Source: Candidatus Parcubacteria bacterium (GTDB lineage Bacteria; Patescibacteriota; Patescibacteriia; Patescibacteriales; BM507). From it: a DNA stretch of 64,000 bases. The notes beneath the pieces were generated by a model that was not told where the DNA came from, searched no databases, and was given only the letters and a program-made list of their open reading frames with translations. The position numbers and the translations under genes were made by a program. Positions 8,166 through 16,421 of this stretch are shown in pieces. Numbering within the stretch: the stretch's first letter is position 1; each line of letters begins with the position of its first letter. Where the stretch lies: contig PKTH01000003.1 in the NCBI GenBank assembly GCA_002869265.1, positions 8,190 to 72,189 on the forward strand. Direction: 5' to 3'.

Positions 8166-9187
8166 TGACAAAACTTTTAGATAAAATAAAAAAAGCAGAA
8201 CTAAGAGGAAAGGGGGGAGCTTCTTACCCGGTATATTTAAAGTGGGAAAAAGTGGCTAAGGCCAGATCTAGAAAAAAGTTTGTAATTTGCAATGCTTCAG
8301 AGGGAGAGCCTGATGTAATGAAAGATGAATACATTATTGAGCATCATCCAGAAAAACTTATCGAAGGTATGAAGCTGTGTATGAAAGAAGTGTCTTCTGA
8401 CAAAGCTTTTTTATTTATAAATCAAGATTACTATAAAAAATACTCCAAAAGATTAAAAGGTTTAATAAGGGATGATAATATTGAATTGTTTAAAAAACCT
8501 CATCCAGCCGGTTATATTGCCGGAGAAGAATCCTCTCTAATAAACACAATAGCAGGTGAGAGAGCAGAGCCAGAGCTAAAACCGCCATTCCCGAGCACAA
8601 AAGGCTTATACGGCGCACCAACAATAGTAAATAATGTAGAGACTTTTTATGACGTTAGTCTTCTAAACTCTAATCAATTTAACAATACACGTCTATATTC
8701 AATCACAGGCGACTGCGTTTGGTCAGGTGTTTATGAATTTGCTGACGATGAGACAATTGAAGATATTCTAAAAAACACAAACAACTATCCAAGTTTTGAG
8801 TTTTTTGTACAAATTGGTGGAGGAGCTTGTGGTGAAGTTTTGAATTCAGACCAATTAAACAGGCCCGTTACCGGATCTGGCTCTATTACTATTTATTCTA
8901 AATCTAAACACAAGCCAGTTTCAGTCTTAAAAAATTGGATTGATTTTTTCATGAATGAGTCATGTGGTAAGTGTACTCCTTGCAGAGAAGGAACCTATCG
9001 TCTTCATGAGATACTTAAAGACAAGCAGCCTGACTGGTATATGTTTTTTGCTATATTGGCCGATCTTCCCGAAACTTCTTTTTGCGCTCTTGGTAAATCA
9101 GTTTCAATCCCAGTTATATCATATTTTCAAAATGTCCTAAAAGATGATACAAAATTTTCCAGTATTTATAACATCAACAAACAATAA
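8165..9187 (+). CDS. NuoF/HydB-like NADH-binding flavoprotein subunit (short form, 340 aa)
   Basis: GKGGASYPVYLKW, CNASEGEPDVMKD, GEESSLINTIAG..KPPFP..NNVETF. C-terminal 4Fe-4S ligands ESCGKCTPCREG..FCALG. TAATG overlap with gap. Confidence 0.8.
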   Translation: MTKLLDKIKKAELRGKGGASYPVYLKWEKVAKARSRKKFVICNASEGEPDVMKDEYIIEHHPEKLIEGMKLCMKEVSSDKAFLFINQDYYKKYSKRLKGLIRDDNIELFKKPHPAGYIAGEESSLINTIAGERAEPELKPPFPSTKGLYGAPTIVNNVETFYDVSLLNSNQFNNTRLYSITGDCVWSGVYEFADDETIEDILKNTNNYPSFEFFVQIGGGACGEVLNSDQLNRPVTGSGSITIYSKSKHKPVSVLKNWIDFFMNESCGKCTPCREGTYRLHEILKDKQPDWYMFFAILADLPETSFCALGKSVSIPVISYFQNVLKDDTKFSSIYNINKQ

Positions 9188-9188
9188 T

Positions 9189-9974
9189 ATGGGAAACTTG
9201 AATGACCAAAAAAATAAAAAAATTCCCTTAAAAGATTTTCAAGTTCTTTTAAAAGAAGCTTGGGATATTTATTATCCGAAATTTCTAAAGATTATCGGCT
9301 TGCAACTCTTACCATTGATTCCTTTAGCCCTATTTTCTAGTCTAGTTCTTTTCCTGGGAATTAGTATGTTTTCTAATCTTTTTTCTAAGAGTGACTTTGC
9401 TCAAGACTTAATTTATTTTGGCTTATTAGTTTTTATTTTGTTTTTAGTTCTTATTTATTTTATGTCTGTTTTTATAACCGCAATATATATAATACTTCAA
9501 GATAGTGAAGGGAAAGTTACTTTAAGCCAGGCAATAAGAAAATCTTTTAAACACGCCCTGCCTTTTTTCTGGGTATATTTCCTTTCAGGTCTTGCTATGT
9601 TTTTTGGTTTAATCCTTTTTATAATCCCAGGAATTTTGATTGCCGTCCTTTTTTCTTTTTCAAAATGGGCTTACGTGCTTGAGGGTTTTCGAGGGACAAA
9701 AGCCTTAAAAAGAAGCAAGGAGCTCATTGATGGTTATTTTGGAGATGTTTTAGGTCGGTACTTAGTTATTGCTATTCCATATGTTCTTTTCCCTTCCATG
9801 GTCGGAATACTTACCAGTAATTCATCTTCTATTAATAGTTTATTTTTCGCTGGCCCCTTAATTCTAGTTTTCCAGATATTCAATTTTCTATTACCGCCAT
9901 TCATTTTTACATATATCCTAGTTATATATAGAGACCTCTATCGAATAAAAGGTCAATCTACTATCCAAAAATAA
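9189..9974 (+). CDS. Multi-pass membrane protein of unknown function (DUF975/GPDPase-membrane-domain-like)
   Basis: Start set at MGNLND, 1 nt after the nuoF-like stop. About 6 hydrophobic helices. Embedded in the hydrogenase operon. Confidence 0.5.
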   Translation: MGNLNDQKNKKIPLKDFQVLLKEAWDIYYPKFLKIIGLQLLPLIPLALFSSLVLFLGISMFSNLFSKSDFAQDLIYFGLLVFILFLVLIYFMSVFITAIYIILQDSEGKVTLSQAIRKSFKHALPFFWVYFLSGLAMFFGLILFIIPGILIAVLFSFSKWAYVLEGFRGTKALKRSKELIDGYFGDVLGRYLVIAIPYVLFPSMVGILTSNSSSINSLFFAGPLILVFQIFNFLLPPFIFTYILVIYRDLYRIKGQSTIQK

Positions 9975-11678
9975 ATGCCAAAAAACACTATAAAAATAAA
10001 CAAAAAAGATTATAAGTTTGAAAAAGACGAAACTATTTTAAATGTTGCCAGACGCAACAATATTTCCATCCCTTCTCTTTGTGATCACGCTGATTTCTGT
10101 GCGAAAGAGAATTGCAGAGTTTGTGTAGTAGAAATAAAGGGGGAGCATGGTCTCTCAACTTCTTGCGGAACAAAAGCCAAAAGTGGAATGGAGGTTTTTA
10201 CGGACACTGATAGAGTTGAAAAATCAAGAGGCCTAAATCTAGAAATGATTTTTGCTGAGCATATTGAAAAATGCGCTACCTGTATCTGGAGATTTGAATG
10301 TAAACTTTTAAAATATGCCCGTGAATACAACTTACTTATAAACACATTCCCAGACAGAAAAGGTAAAAGACCTGTATACAAGTTTAAAAACGCTGTTGAG
10401 CTTGATTCTAGTCAGTGTATTGATTGTCGTAACTGTATAGATGCTTGCTCTATCCTGCAAGGAATCGATTATCTTGAGATAAAAGGAAAAGGGCACAATC
10501 AAGAAGTTGCTCCTACTTCCGATAGACGAAAACACTGTATTCTTTGTGGGCAATGTGCCCTACATTGCCCAGTCTCAGCTGCTCAGGAACAAGCTAATTG
10601 GCAAGATGTGGAAAAAGAGATCTTAAATGACAAAAAAACTGTTGTTGTCCAGTTTGCGCCTTCTATCAGGGTAAGTATTGGAGAGGATTTCGGTATGGAT
10701 TACGGAGAAATAGTTACTGAGAAATTAGTTTCTAGCTTACGGGCACTTGGATTTGATTTTGTTTTTGATGTTTCGTATTTTGCGGACATAACTACAATAG
10801 TTGAAGCTGAAGAGCTTCTCGAACGCATAACTAAAAAAGGGACCCTCCCTATGATGACTTCCTGTTGTCCAGGGTGGGTTAACTACGTTGAACACTACAA
10901 CCCGGAACTAATTCCAAATTTAACAACTGCCAGATCCCCACAAATTCATGGTGGAGGAGTAATAAAAACATACTGGGCAAATAAGATGGGAATCGACCCA
11001 AAAGACATCGTAGTAGTTTCAATAATGCCCTGTACAGCAAAAAAATACGAAGCCTCTCGTGAGGAGATGACTATTAACAATCAATTGCCGGTTGATTATG
11101 TTTTGACAACAAGAGAGCTCTCCTTTATGATTAAGAAAAGCAAAATAGACTTTGTTAATATTAAAGAAACTAAAGCAGATAATCCACTTGGGGAATATAC
11201 TGGGGCTGGAGTTATTTTTGGAGGTTCTGGCGGAGTAATGGAGTCTGCTCTTAGAACAGCTCAGTACATATTAGAAGGCGATAATGCTAAACTTAGTAAA
11301 AAAAGAATTGATTTTCACGATGTTAGAGGTCTAGAGGATATAAAAGAAGCAGAAATTGATATAGCCGGTAATAAAGTAAGGGTAGGAATTGTTAACGGAA
11401 TAAAGCACATCAAAGAGATTATCCCGAGATTGAAAGACTTTGATTATATAGAAATAATGACATGCCCTGGAGGTTGCATTGGTGGCGGAGGTCAACCTAT
11501 CCCAACAAGCAGAGCAATTGTTAAAGAGAGAATAGCTGCCTTATATAGAGATGACAAAAACAAAAAAGTCAGAGTTTCTGCTGAGAATGAAAGTGCTAAA
11601 GAAATTCTAGACTGGCTAAAAGAAAACAACCTAGAACATAAAACATTACATACTAGGTATTTTAAAAATTTAGACTAA
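9975..11678 (+). CDS. hydA: [FeFe]-hydrogenase catalytic subunit (CpI-like domain layout)
   Basis: H-cluster motifs TSCCPGW, MPCTAKKYE and EIMTCPGGCIGGGGQP. N-terminal 2Fe-2S region plus two CxxCxxCxxxCP ferredoxin motifs. Confidence 0.9.
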   Translation: MPKNTIKINKKDYKFEKDETILNVARRNNISIPSLCDHADFCAKENCRVCVVEIKGEHGLSTSCGTKAKSGMEVFTDTDRVEKSRGLNLEMIFAEHIEKCATCIWRFECKLLKYAREYNLLINTFPDRKGKRPVYKFKNAVELDSSQCIDCRNCIDACSILQGIDYLEIKGKGHNQEVAPTSDRRKHCILCGQCALHCPVSAAQEQANWQDVEKEILNDKKTVVVQFAPSIRVSIGEDFGMDYGEIVTEKLVSSLRALGFDFVFDVSYFADITTIVEAEELLERITKKGTLPMMTSCCPGWVNYVEHYNPELIPNLTTARSPQIHGGGVIKTYWANKMGIDPKDIVVVSIMPCTAKKYEASREEMTINNQLPVDYVLTTRELSFMIKKSKIDFVNIKETKADNPLGEYTGAGVIFGGSGGVMESALRTAQYILEGDNAKLSKKRIDFHDVRGLEDIKEAEIDIAGNKVRVGIVNGIKHIKEIIPRLKDFDYIEIMTCPGGCIGGGGQPIPTSRAIVKERIAALYRDDKNKKVRVSAENESAKEILDWLKENNLEHKTLHTRYFKNLD

Positions 11679-11682
11679 AATT

Positions 11683-11946
11683 ATGGACAAAGTTCACTTA
11701 GCAACAATTACAATCCTTATAAAGGATAGACAAAGTCATGCCAAGGATGTGAACCAATTACTCACAGATAATGGTCATCTAATTATGGCTCGACTAGGAG
11801 TGAATGTTCAAAAAAGTTGTGTTGAACATTGCACAGGCTTAATAACCATAGCTGTTGAAGCTACTGCCACTGAAATCTCTAGGCTAACAAAAGAGCTAGA
11901 TGATTTGTATGGTATTGTAGCAAAATCTTCAGTAGTAACTGATTAA
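11683..11946 (+). CDS. Small ACT/NikR-C-like protein resembling the TM1266 family (putative iron-only hydrogenase system regulator)
   Basis: 87 aa. The pattern ATITILIKDRQSHAKDVNQLL..ARLGV..GLITIAVEA..LYGIVAKS resembles TM1266, compared from memory. Immediately follows hydA. Confidence 0.55.
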   Translation: MDKVHLATITILIKDRQSHAKDVNQLLTDNGHLIMARLGVNVQKSCVEHCTGLITIAVEATATEISRLTKELDDLYGIVAKSSVVTD

Positions 11947-11947
11947 T

Positions 11948-12478
11948 ATGCAATATTTAAAAGAAAAAACATTTTCAAGAGTTAACTCTATCGCCGCTTC
12001 AAAATTTCTAGCCATTGGAGGACTAGCAACTCTAATTCCATTTTTTATCCACATACAGTGGTTAACCGGTCCAGTAATTAATGCTCTTTTGATTCTTGCT
12101 TTATTTGTTATTGGTCTCAGGGCGGCGGTTTTTATAGCTCTTATCCCAAGTGTGGTGGCCTTGTCAGCTGGGCTCTTGCCAGCCCTTCTTGCACCGATGG
12201 TTCCATTTATCATGCTAAGCAATATACTTTTTGTTCTGAGCATTGATTTTCTTCACGATAAATTTGCAAATAAAGAGTTAGGCTATTGGGCCTCTATCCT
12301 TATTTCAGCTTTTCTTAAGTTTGCTCTTCTATTTTTTAGCGTTAGTGTTATCTCAAAACTGCTTATTAAAAGTGAACTTGCCGTAAAAGTTGCTCAAATT
12401 CTATCTTGGCCTCAATTCTACACAGCAGTTTTAGGTGGAATAATTGCTTACGTTATACTAAAATTTTTAAAGAAGTAA
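11948..12478 (+). CDS. Integral membrane protein, possibly ECF-transporter S-component-like
   Basis: Five to six TM helices. Last gene of the hydrogenase operon (1-nt gap). Family assignment is weak. Confidence 0.45.
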   Translation: MQYLKEKTFSRVNSIAASKFLAIGGLATLIPFFIHIQWLTGPVINALLILALFVIGLRAAVFIALIPSVVALSAGLLPALLAPMVPFIMLSNILFVLSIDFLHDKFANKELGYWASILISAFLKFALLFFSVSVISKLLIKSELAVKVAQILSWPQFYTAVLGGIIAYVILKFLKK

Positions 12479-12517
12479 TTTAATATTTTTCTAACTTTCT
12501 CGTGCTATAAATGTAGT

Positions 12518-12690
12518 ATGTAAAAGGCACTAAGCAGTTTCAACTACTTGTTGTTAAACCACAGGAAATTATTTAATTGTTATTTGTGTTAATTATTATT
12601 CGCCTAATTGACACAATTCTATAATTATTTAGCACCACGGTGTGTTTTCTGGGCAGCTAGTAAAGGGATACTGAATAATGCCTTTTTTCA
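12518..12690 (+). ncRNA. Candidate ~170-nt structured RNA in the 296-bp gap after the hydrogenase operon
   Basis: TGCTATAAA -10-like element at 12503-12511. 5' AAAAGGCA (12522-29) pairs with 3' TGCCTTTT (12679-86), followed by a T-run. Internal 12-bp hairpin TTGTGTTAATTA/TAATTGACACAA. No family recognised. Confidence 0.2.
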
Positions 12691-12733
12691 ATTGTAAAAA
12701 TTGACTAATATTTAAATATTTTTTAAGATAAAG

Positions 12734-12757
12734 AGAGCTAATAGATTTAGCTCTTTT
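12734..12757 (+). terminator. Rho-independent terminator
   Basis: AGAGCTAA-TAGAT-TTAGCTCT followed by TTTT. Confidence 0.7.
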
Positions 12758-12758
12758 A

Positions 12759-12767
12759 TGTTATAAT
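12759..12767 (+). promoter_or_regulatory. Extended -10 TGTTATAAT placed 7 nt before the cca ATG (leaderless mRNA predicted)
   Basis: Read directly; no SD sequence between the -10 element and the ATG. Confidence 0.5.
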
Positions 12768-12774
12768 TTATATT

Positions 12775-14268
12775 ATGAATATTCCGGAATACATAAAACA
12801 CACTCTTCTAGAGCTCGAAAAAAACAATTTCGAGTCTTTTATCGTTGGAGGTTGCGTTAGAGATATTCTGCGAGAAAAAACCCCTAATGACTGGGATATT
12901 ACAACTATTGCTAGGCCTGAAGATATTTTAAAAATATTTCCGGACGGAAAGTACGAGAACTCTTTTGGCACTGTGATTCTTCCAATAAGAGATGAGAACG
13001 AGGAGCTTGTTGATGTTGTTGAAATAACAACTTACCGCTCAGAGTCTGGTTATTCCAATAACAGACACCCCGACGAAGTCTTGTTTGAGGATAAACTTGA
13101 AAAAGATCTAGCTAGGCGAGATTTTACTGTAAATGCCATGGCTATGAAAACAATCGACTCTAAATTAAAAATAGATTCTGACCTCGAAAAACACTCTTTT
13201 ATAAATGATAATTTTATAATTGTTGATCTCTATGGTGGACAAAAAGATTTGAAAAGTAAGGTATTAAGAGCAGTTGGTGAGCCAGAGAATAGATTTAAAG
13301 AAGACGCCCTAAGAATGATGAGGGGAATTAGACTCTCTTCTCAATTGTCTTTCACTATAGAACCAAAAACAGAAAGGGCAATCAATAAGCTTTCAGGAAA
13401 TATTAAATTTATCTCTAAAGAAAGAATAAGAGATGAGCTTATTAGGATCCTATCATCTGAAAACCCTTACGGTGGGATAGTTAGTTTACATGAATTAGGT
13501 TTACTTCAATATATAATCCCTGAAATAGAGCAGGGGATTGGTGTTGAACAAAACCATCACCACACCTTCACTGTTTTTAAACACTCATTGATGTCTCTCA
13601 AAAGATGTCCCAGTAAAGATTGGCGAGTTCGTTTTGCAGCATTAACTCATGATATTGCAAAACCAAAAACAAAAAAGATTATCGATGGAGGGGCAACTTT
13701 TTACAATCATGAAATTATCGGAGCTAAAATGATTCGAAAAATAATGACTAGAATGAAATTCTCAAATGTTGATACAGATAAGGTGGTTAATCTTATATCA
13801 AATCACATGTTCTATTACAATGTTGACGAGGTAACAGCCACCTCAGTTAGAAGACTTCTTAGAAAGGCTGGTCCTGAAAACATGAAAGACCTCATGGATC
13901 TTCGTATTGCAGATAGACTAGGTTCTAATGTACCGAAGGGGAAGCCATATAAACTACGTCACCTAGAATATATGATCGAGAAAGTTAAGAATGATCCTAT
14001 TTCAGTAAAAATGTTAAAAATAAACGGCAATGATCTTATGGAAAAGTTTGGTATGAAACCTGGTCCAAAAATTGGCACTATTTTAGATGTTTTACTCTCT
14101 GAAGCGATTGAGGACCCAAGTATAAATAATCAAGAGTATTTAGAAAAAAGGGTGGCCGAACTAAATAAACTTGACTTAACTGAACTCAGAAAAAAAGCCA
14201 AGGAAAAAATTGAAGAAAAGAGAGAAGCGGATGATACTACGATGAAAAAAGATTTTTGGGTAAAATAA
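12775..14268 (+). CDS. cca: CCA-adding tRNA nucleotidyltransferase with C-terminal HD domain
   Basis: FIVGGCVRDIL..DWDITT polymerase-beta motif, RDFTVNAM, HD region HDIAKP. Confidence 0.85.
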   Translation: MNIPEYIKHTLLELEKNNFESFIVGGCVRDILREKTPNDWDITTIARPEDILKIFPDGKYENSFGTVILPIRDENEELVDVVEITTYRSESGYSNNRHPDEVLFEDKLEKDLARRDFTVNAMAMKTIDSKLKIDSDLEKHSFINDNFIIVDLYGGQKDLKSKVLRAVGEPENRFKEDALRMMRGIRLSSQLSFTIEPKTERAINKLSGNIKFISKERIRDELIRILSSENPYGGIVSLHELGLLQYIIPEIEQGIGVEQNHHHTFTVFKHSLMSLKRCPSKDWRVRFAALTHDIAKPKTKKIIDGGATFYNHEIIGAKMIRKIMTRMKFSNVDTDKVVNLISNHMFYYNVDEVTATSVRRLLRKAGPENMKDLMDLRIADRLGSNVPKGKPYKLRHLEYMIEKVKNDPISVKMLKINGNDLMEKFGMKPGPKIGTILDVLLSEAIEDPSINNQEYLEKRVAELNKLDLTELRKKAKEKIEEKREADDTTMKKDFWVK

Positions 14269-14292
14269 GAGCCCTGTGTATACACAAGGCTC
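14269..14292. terminator. Hairpin between convergent genes
   Basis: GAGCCCTGTGTA/TACACAAGGCTC near-perfect palindrome; T-run only on the minus side. Confidence 0.5.
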
Positions 14293-14677
14293 AAGTGATG
14301 GTCTCCAGCAAACTGATCCCAAGTTCGATCACACCCCTTTTTTCTTTTAAGGGCTTTTCAAGAAGGTAGGATCTAATATAATTTGCTTCCAGTTTAAAAT
14401 CTGGGTCTTTAATCTTTAAAACCCAGGAAAGCCTCCACCCTCCATCTACTTTTACAAGAGATGAATTTTCAAAATTCAAGTAGCCTACAATTTGCTCACT
14501 ATTCTTGTTTTTTATACCAATTGAATTGATATAAGTAAGCATAATCTCCTGTTGTAAATCAATGATTCTTTCTTTCGTTTGAGGGTGAACATATATATAG
14601 CCAAGTTCAGCCAACACAACTTCGAGATCCATTAAATAACCAAGTTTTGCTGATTTTAATATACTTACTTTGACCAC
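14291..14677 (-). CDS. Hypothetical protein
   Basis: 128-aa ORF; AGGAGG-like sequence upstream (aaaggaggaatt); no recognisable domain. Confidence 0.45.
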   Translation of the reverse strand: MVKVSILKSAKLGYLMDLEVVLAELGYIYVHPQTKERIIDLQQEIMLTYINSIGIKNKNSEQIVGYLNFENSSLVKVDGGWRLSWVLKIKDPDFKLEANYIRSYLLEKPLKEKRGVIELGISLLETIT

Positions 14678-14744
14678 AATAATTCCTCCTTTCCATATGT
14701 ATTTTTTAGAGAGCGATTTATAACTCTAACACATTATAACAATT

Positions 14745-15344
14745 ATGTCAATAGAAAGCAAATATAGTTATAAAAAAATAAAAGAAAAAGTCTTTAAATT
14801 AGCTAAAAATGCTTGTTTTAACCCAGCAAATGAGTACACGGATACAGCCTGGGAACACCATGTTATTCCAGTAACAAATTTTGCACTAAAATTAGGTAAA
14901 AAGCTAGGTGGAGACTTGGAAGTTTTGGAACTTGCGGCATTACTTCATGACTACTCGGCAATGCTTGATATAAAAAATGCCAAGGATCACCATATTCATA
15001 GTGCTAGAATGGCCACTGATATATTGAACTCTGAAGGATATGACAAAAAGAAGATTAAAAAGGTAGAGAAGGCCATTTTGTCACACAGGGGAAGTGTGAA
15101 TGTCTTAAAAGATGACTTAGAATCAAAGATATTAGCATCAGCTGACGCAATGTCACATATTTCAGAGCTAGCAGATATGTTTTACTTAACCTACGGAGTC
15201 CACAAGCACAAGACAGAGGAAGGTGCCGAATGGCTTTTAGCAAAACTTGAAAGAAGTTGGTCAAAAATAATGCCTGAAGGAAAAGATGAAATTATCGAAG
15301 ACTATAAAATTGCTAAAAAAATACTCGAAAAAGCAATTGTCTGA
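14745..15344 (+). CDS. HD-domain metal-dependent phosphohydrolase
   Basis: H..LAALLHDYS HD motif; about 200 aa. Confidence 0.75.
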   Translation: MSIESKYSYKKIKEKVFKLAKNACFNPANEYTDTAWEHHVIPVTNFALKLGKKLGGDLEVLELAALLHDYSAMLDIKNAKDHHIHSARMATDILNSEGYDKKKIKKVEKAILSHRGSVNVLKDDLESKILASADAMSHISELADMFYLTYGVHKHKTEEGAEWLLAKLERSWSKIMPEGKDEIIEDYKIAKKILEKAIV

Positions 15345-15390
15345 TTAAATATTTTATTGTATTATAAGTCTAGTAAGTAACAAAAAATTT

Positions 15391-16071
15391 ATGAAAAATA
15401 TACCACTAATATTAATTCTACTTTTCACTTTAAGTGCCTGTGCGACTACAAACCTAACAACTGAAAAAAATGCCCCAGAAAATCTAAATAACTATAACGA
15501 CTCGGAACTTGTACAAAAAATTGGACAGCTCAGTAGGAATAGCAGTTCAGAAAACACAACAAATTCTGACAGCTTGAGCAATTCATTCAATGGAGCGATT
15601 TTAAAAACAAATTTAGGAGATATTAAGGTTAAATTTTTCTCTGAAGAATCACCAAATACTGTAAACAATTTTCTGCAACTTGCAAAAAGCGGTTTTTATG
15701 ATAAAACAAAATTTCATAGAGTAATTTCTGGCTTCATGATTCAAGGTGGGGATCCCAACTCCAAGGATGATAATTGGGCAGACGATGGCACTGGTGGCCC
15801 AGGATATAAATTTGCTGACGAATTTAACTCAAAAAAACTAGTTGCGGGTAATCTGGCGATGGCCAACTCAGGACCAAACACAAACGGTTCTCAGTTCTTT
15901 ATTGTAACAGCCCAAGCAACGCCTTGGCTTGATGGTAGACACACAAACTTTGGCGAAGTAGTTGAGGGAATGCCAGTAGTAAAAATGATAGAAGCTGTAA
16001 AAACAAACGAACGTGATCATCCCATGGATGATGTAATTATAAATTCTATTGAGCTTATAAATATAAAATAA
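15391..16071 (+). CDS. Cyclophilin-type peptidyl-prolyl isomerase, lipoprotein
   Basis: Lipobox LSAC. FHRVISGFMIQGGDP, SGPNTNGSQFFI. Confidence 0.9.
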   Translation: MKNIPLILILLFTLSACATTNLTTEKNAPENLNNYNDSELVQKIGQLSRNSSSENTTNSDSLSNSFNGAILKTNLGDIKVKFFSEESPNTVNNFLQLAKSGFYDKTKFHRVISGFMIQGGDPNSKDDNWADDGTGGPGYKFADEFNSKKLVAGNLAMANSGPNTNGSQFFIVTAQATPWLDGRHTNFGEVVEGMPVVKMIEAVKTNERDHPMDDVIINSIELINIK

Positions 16072-16412
16072 TGTTAATGAAAATTATTATTACAGTATTT
16101 TCTGTAATAATCACAGCCTATTTTATCCCTGGAGTGCTTATATCTGGACCTTGGGCCGCCCTCTGGACTGCTTTAATACTTGGCATAGTTAATGTTTTCT
16201 TGAGACCGCTTTTTATTCTTTTTACACTTCCGTTAAACATTTTAACACTGGGGCTTTTTACATTTGTTATAAATGCTGTAATGATTATGTTGGTTGCTTC
16301 TATTGTCGAGGGTTTTTCAGTTAGTGGTTTTCTGCCAGCGCTTTTCTTTAGTATAGCCCTTTCTCTACTGACAGCTATTCTTAATAAATTTATTGCTGAT
16401 AAAGCTATCTAA
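16071..16412 (+). CDS. DUF360 / phage-holin-4_2 family small membrane protein
   Basis: 113 aa, 4 TM helices, motif VNVFLRPLFILFTLPLNILTLGLFTFVINA. Confidence 0.7.
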   Translation: MLMKIIITVFSVIITAYFIPGVLISGPWAALWTALILGIVNVFLRPLFILFTLPLNILTLGLFTFVINAVMIMLVASIVEGFSVSGFLPALFFSIALSLLTAILNKFIADKAI

Positions 16413-16421
16413 ACTGCCAAA

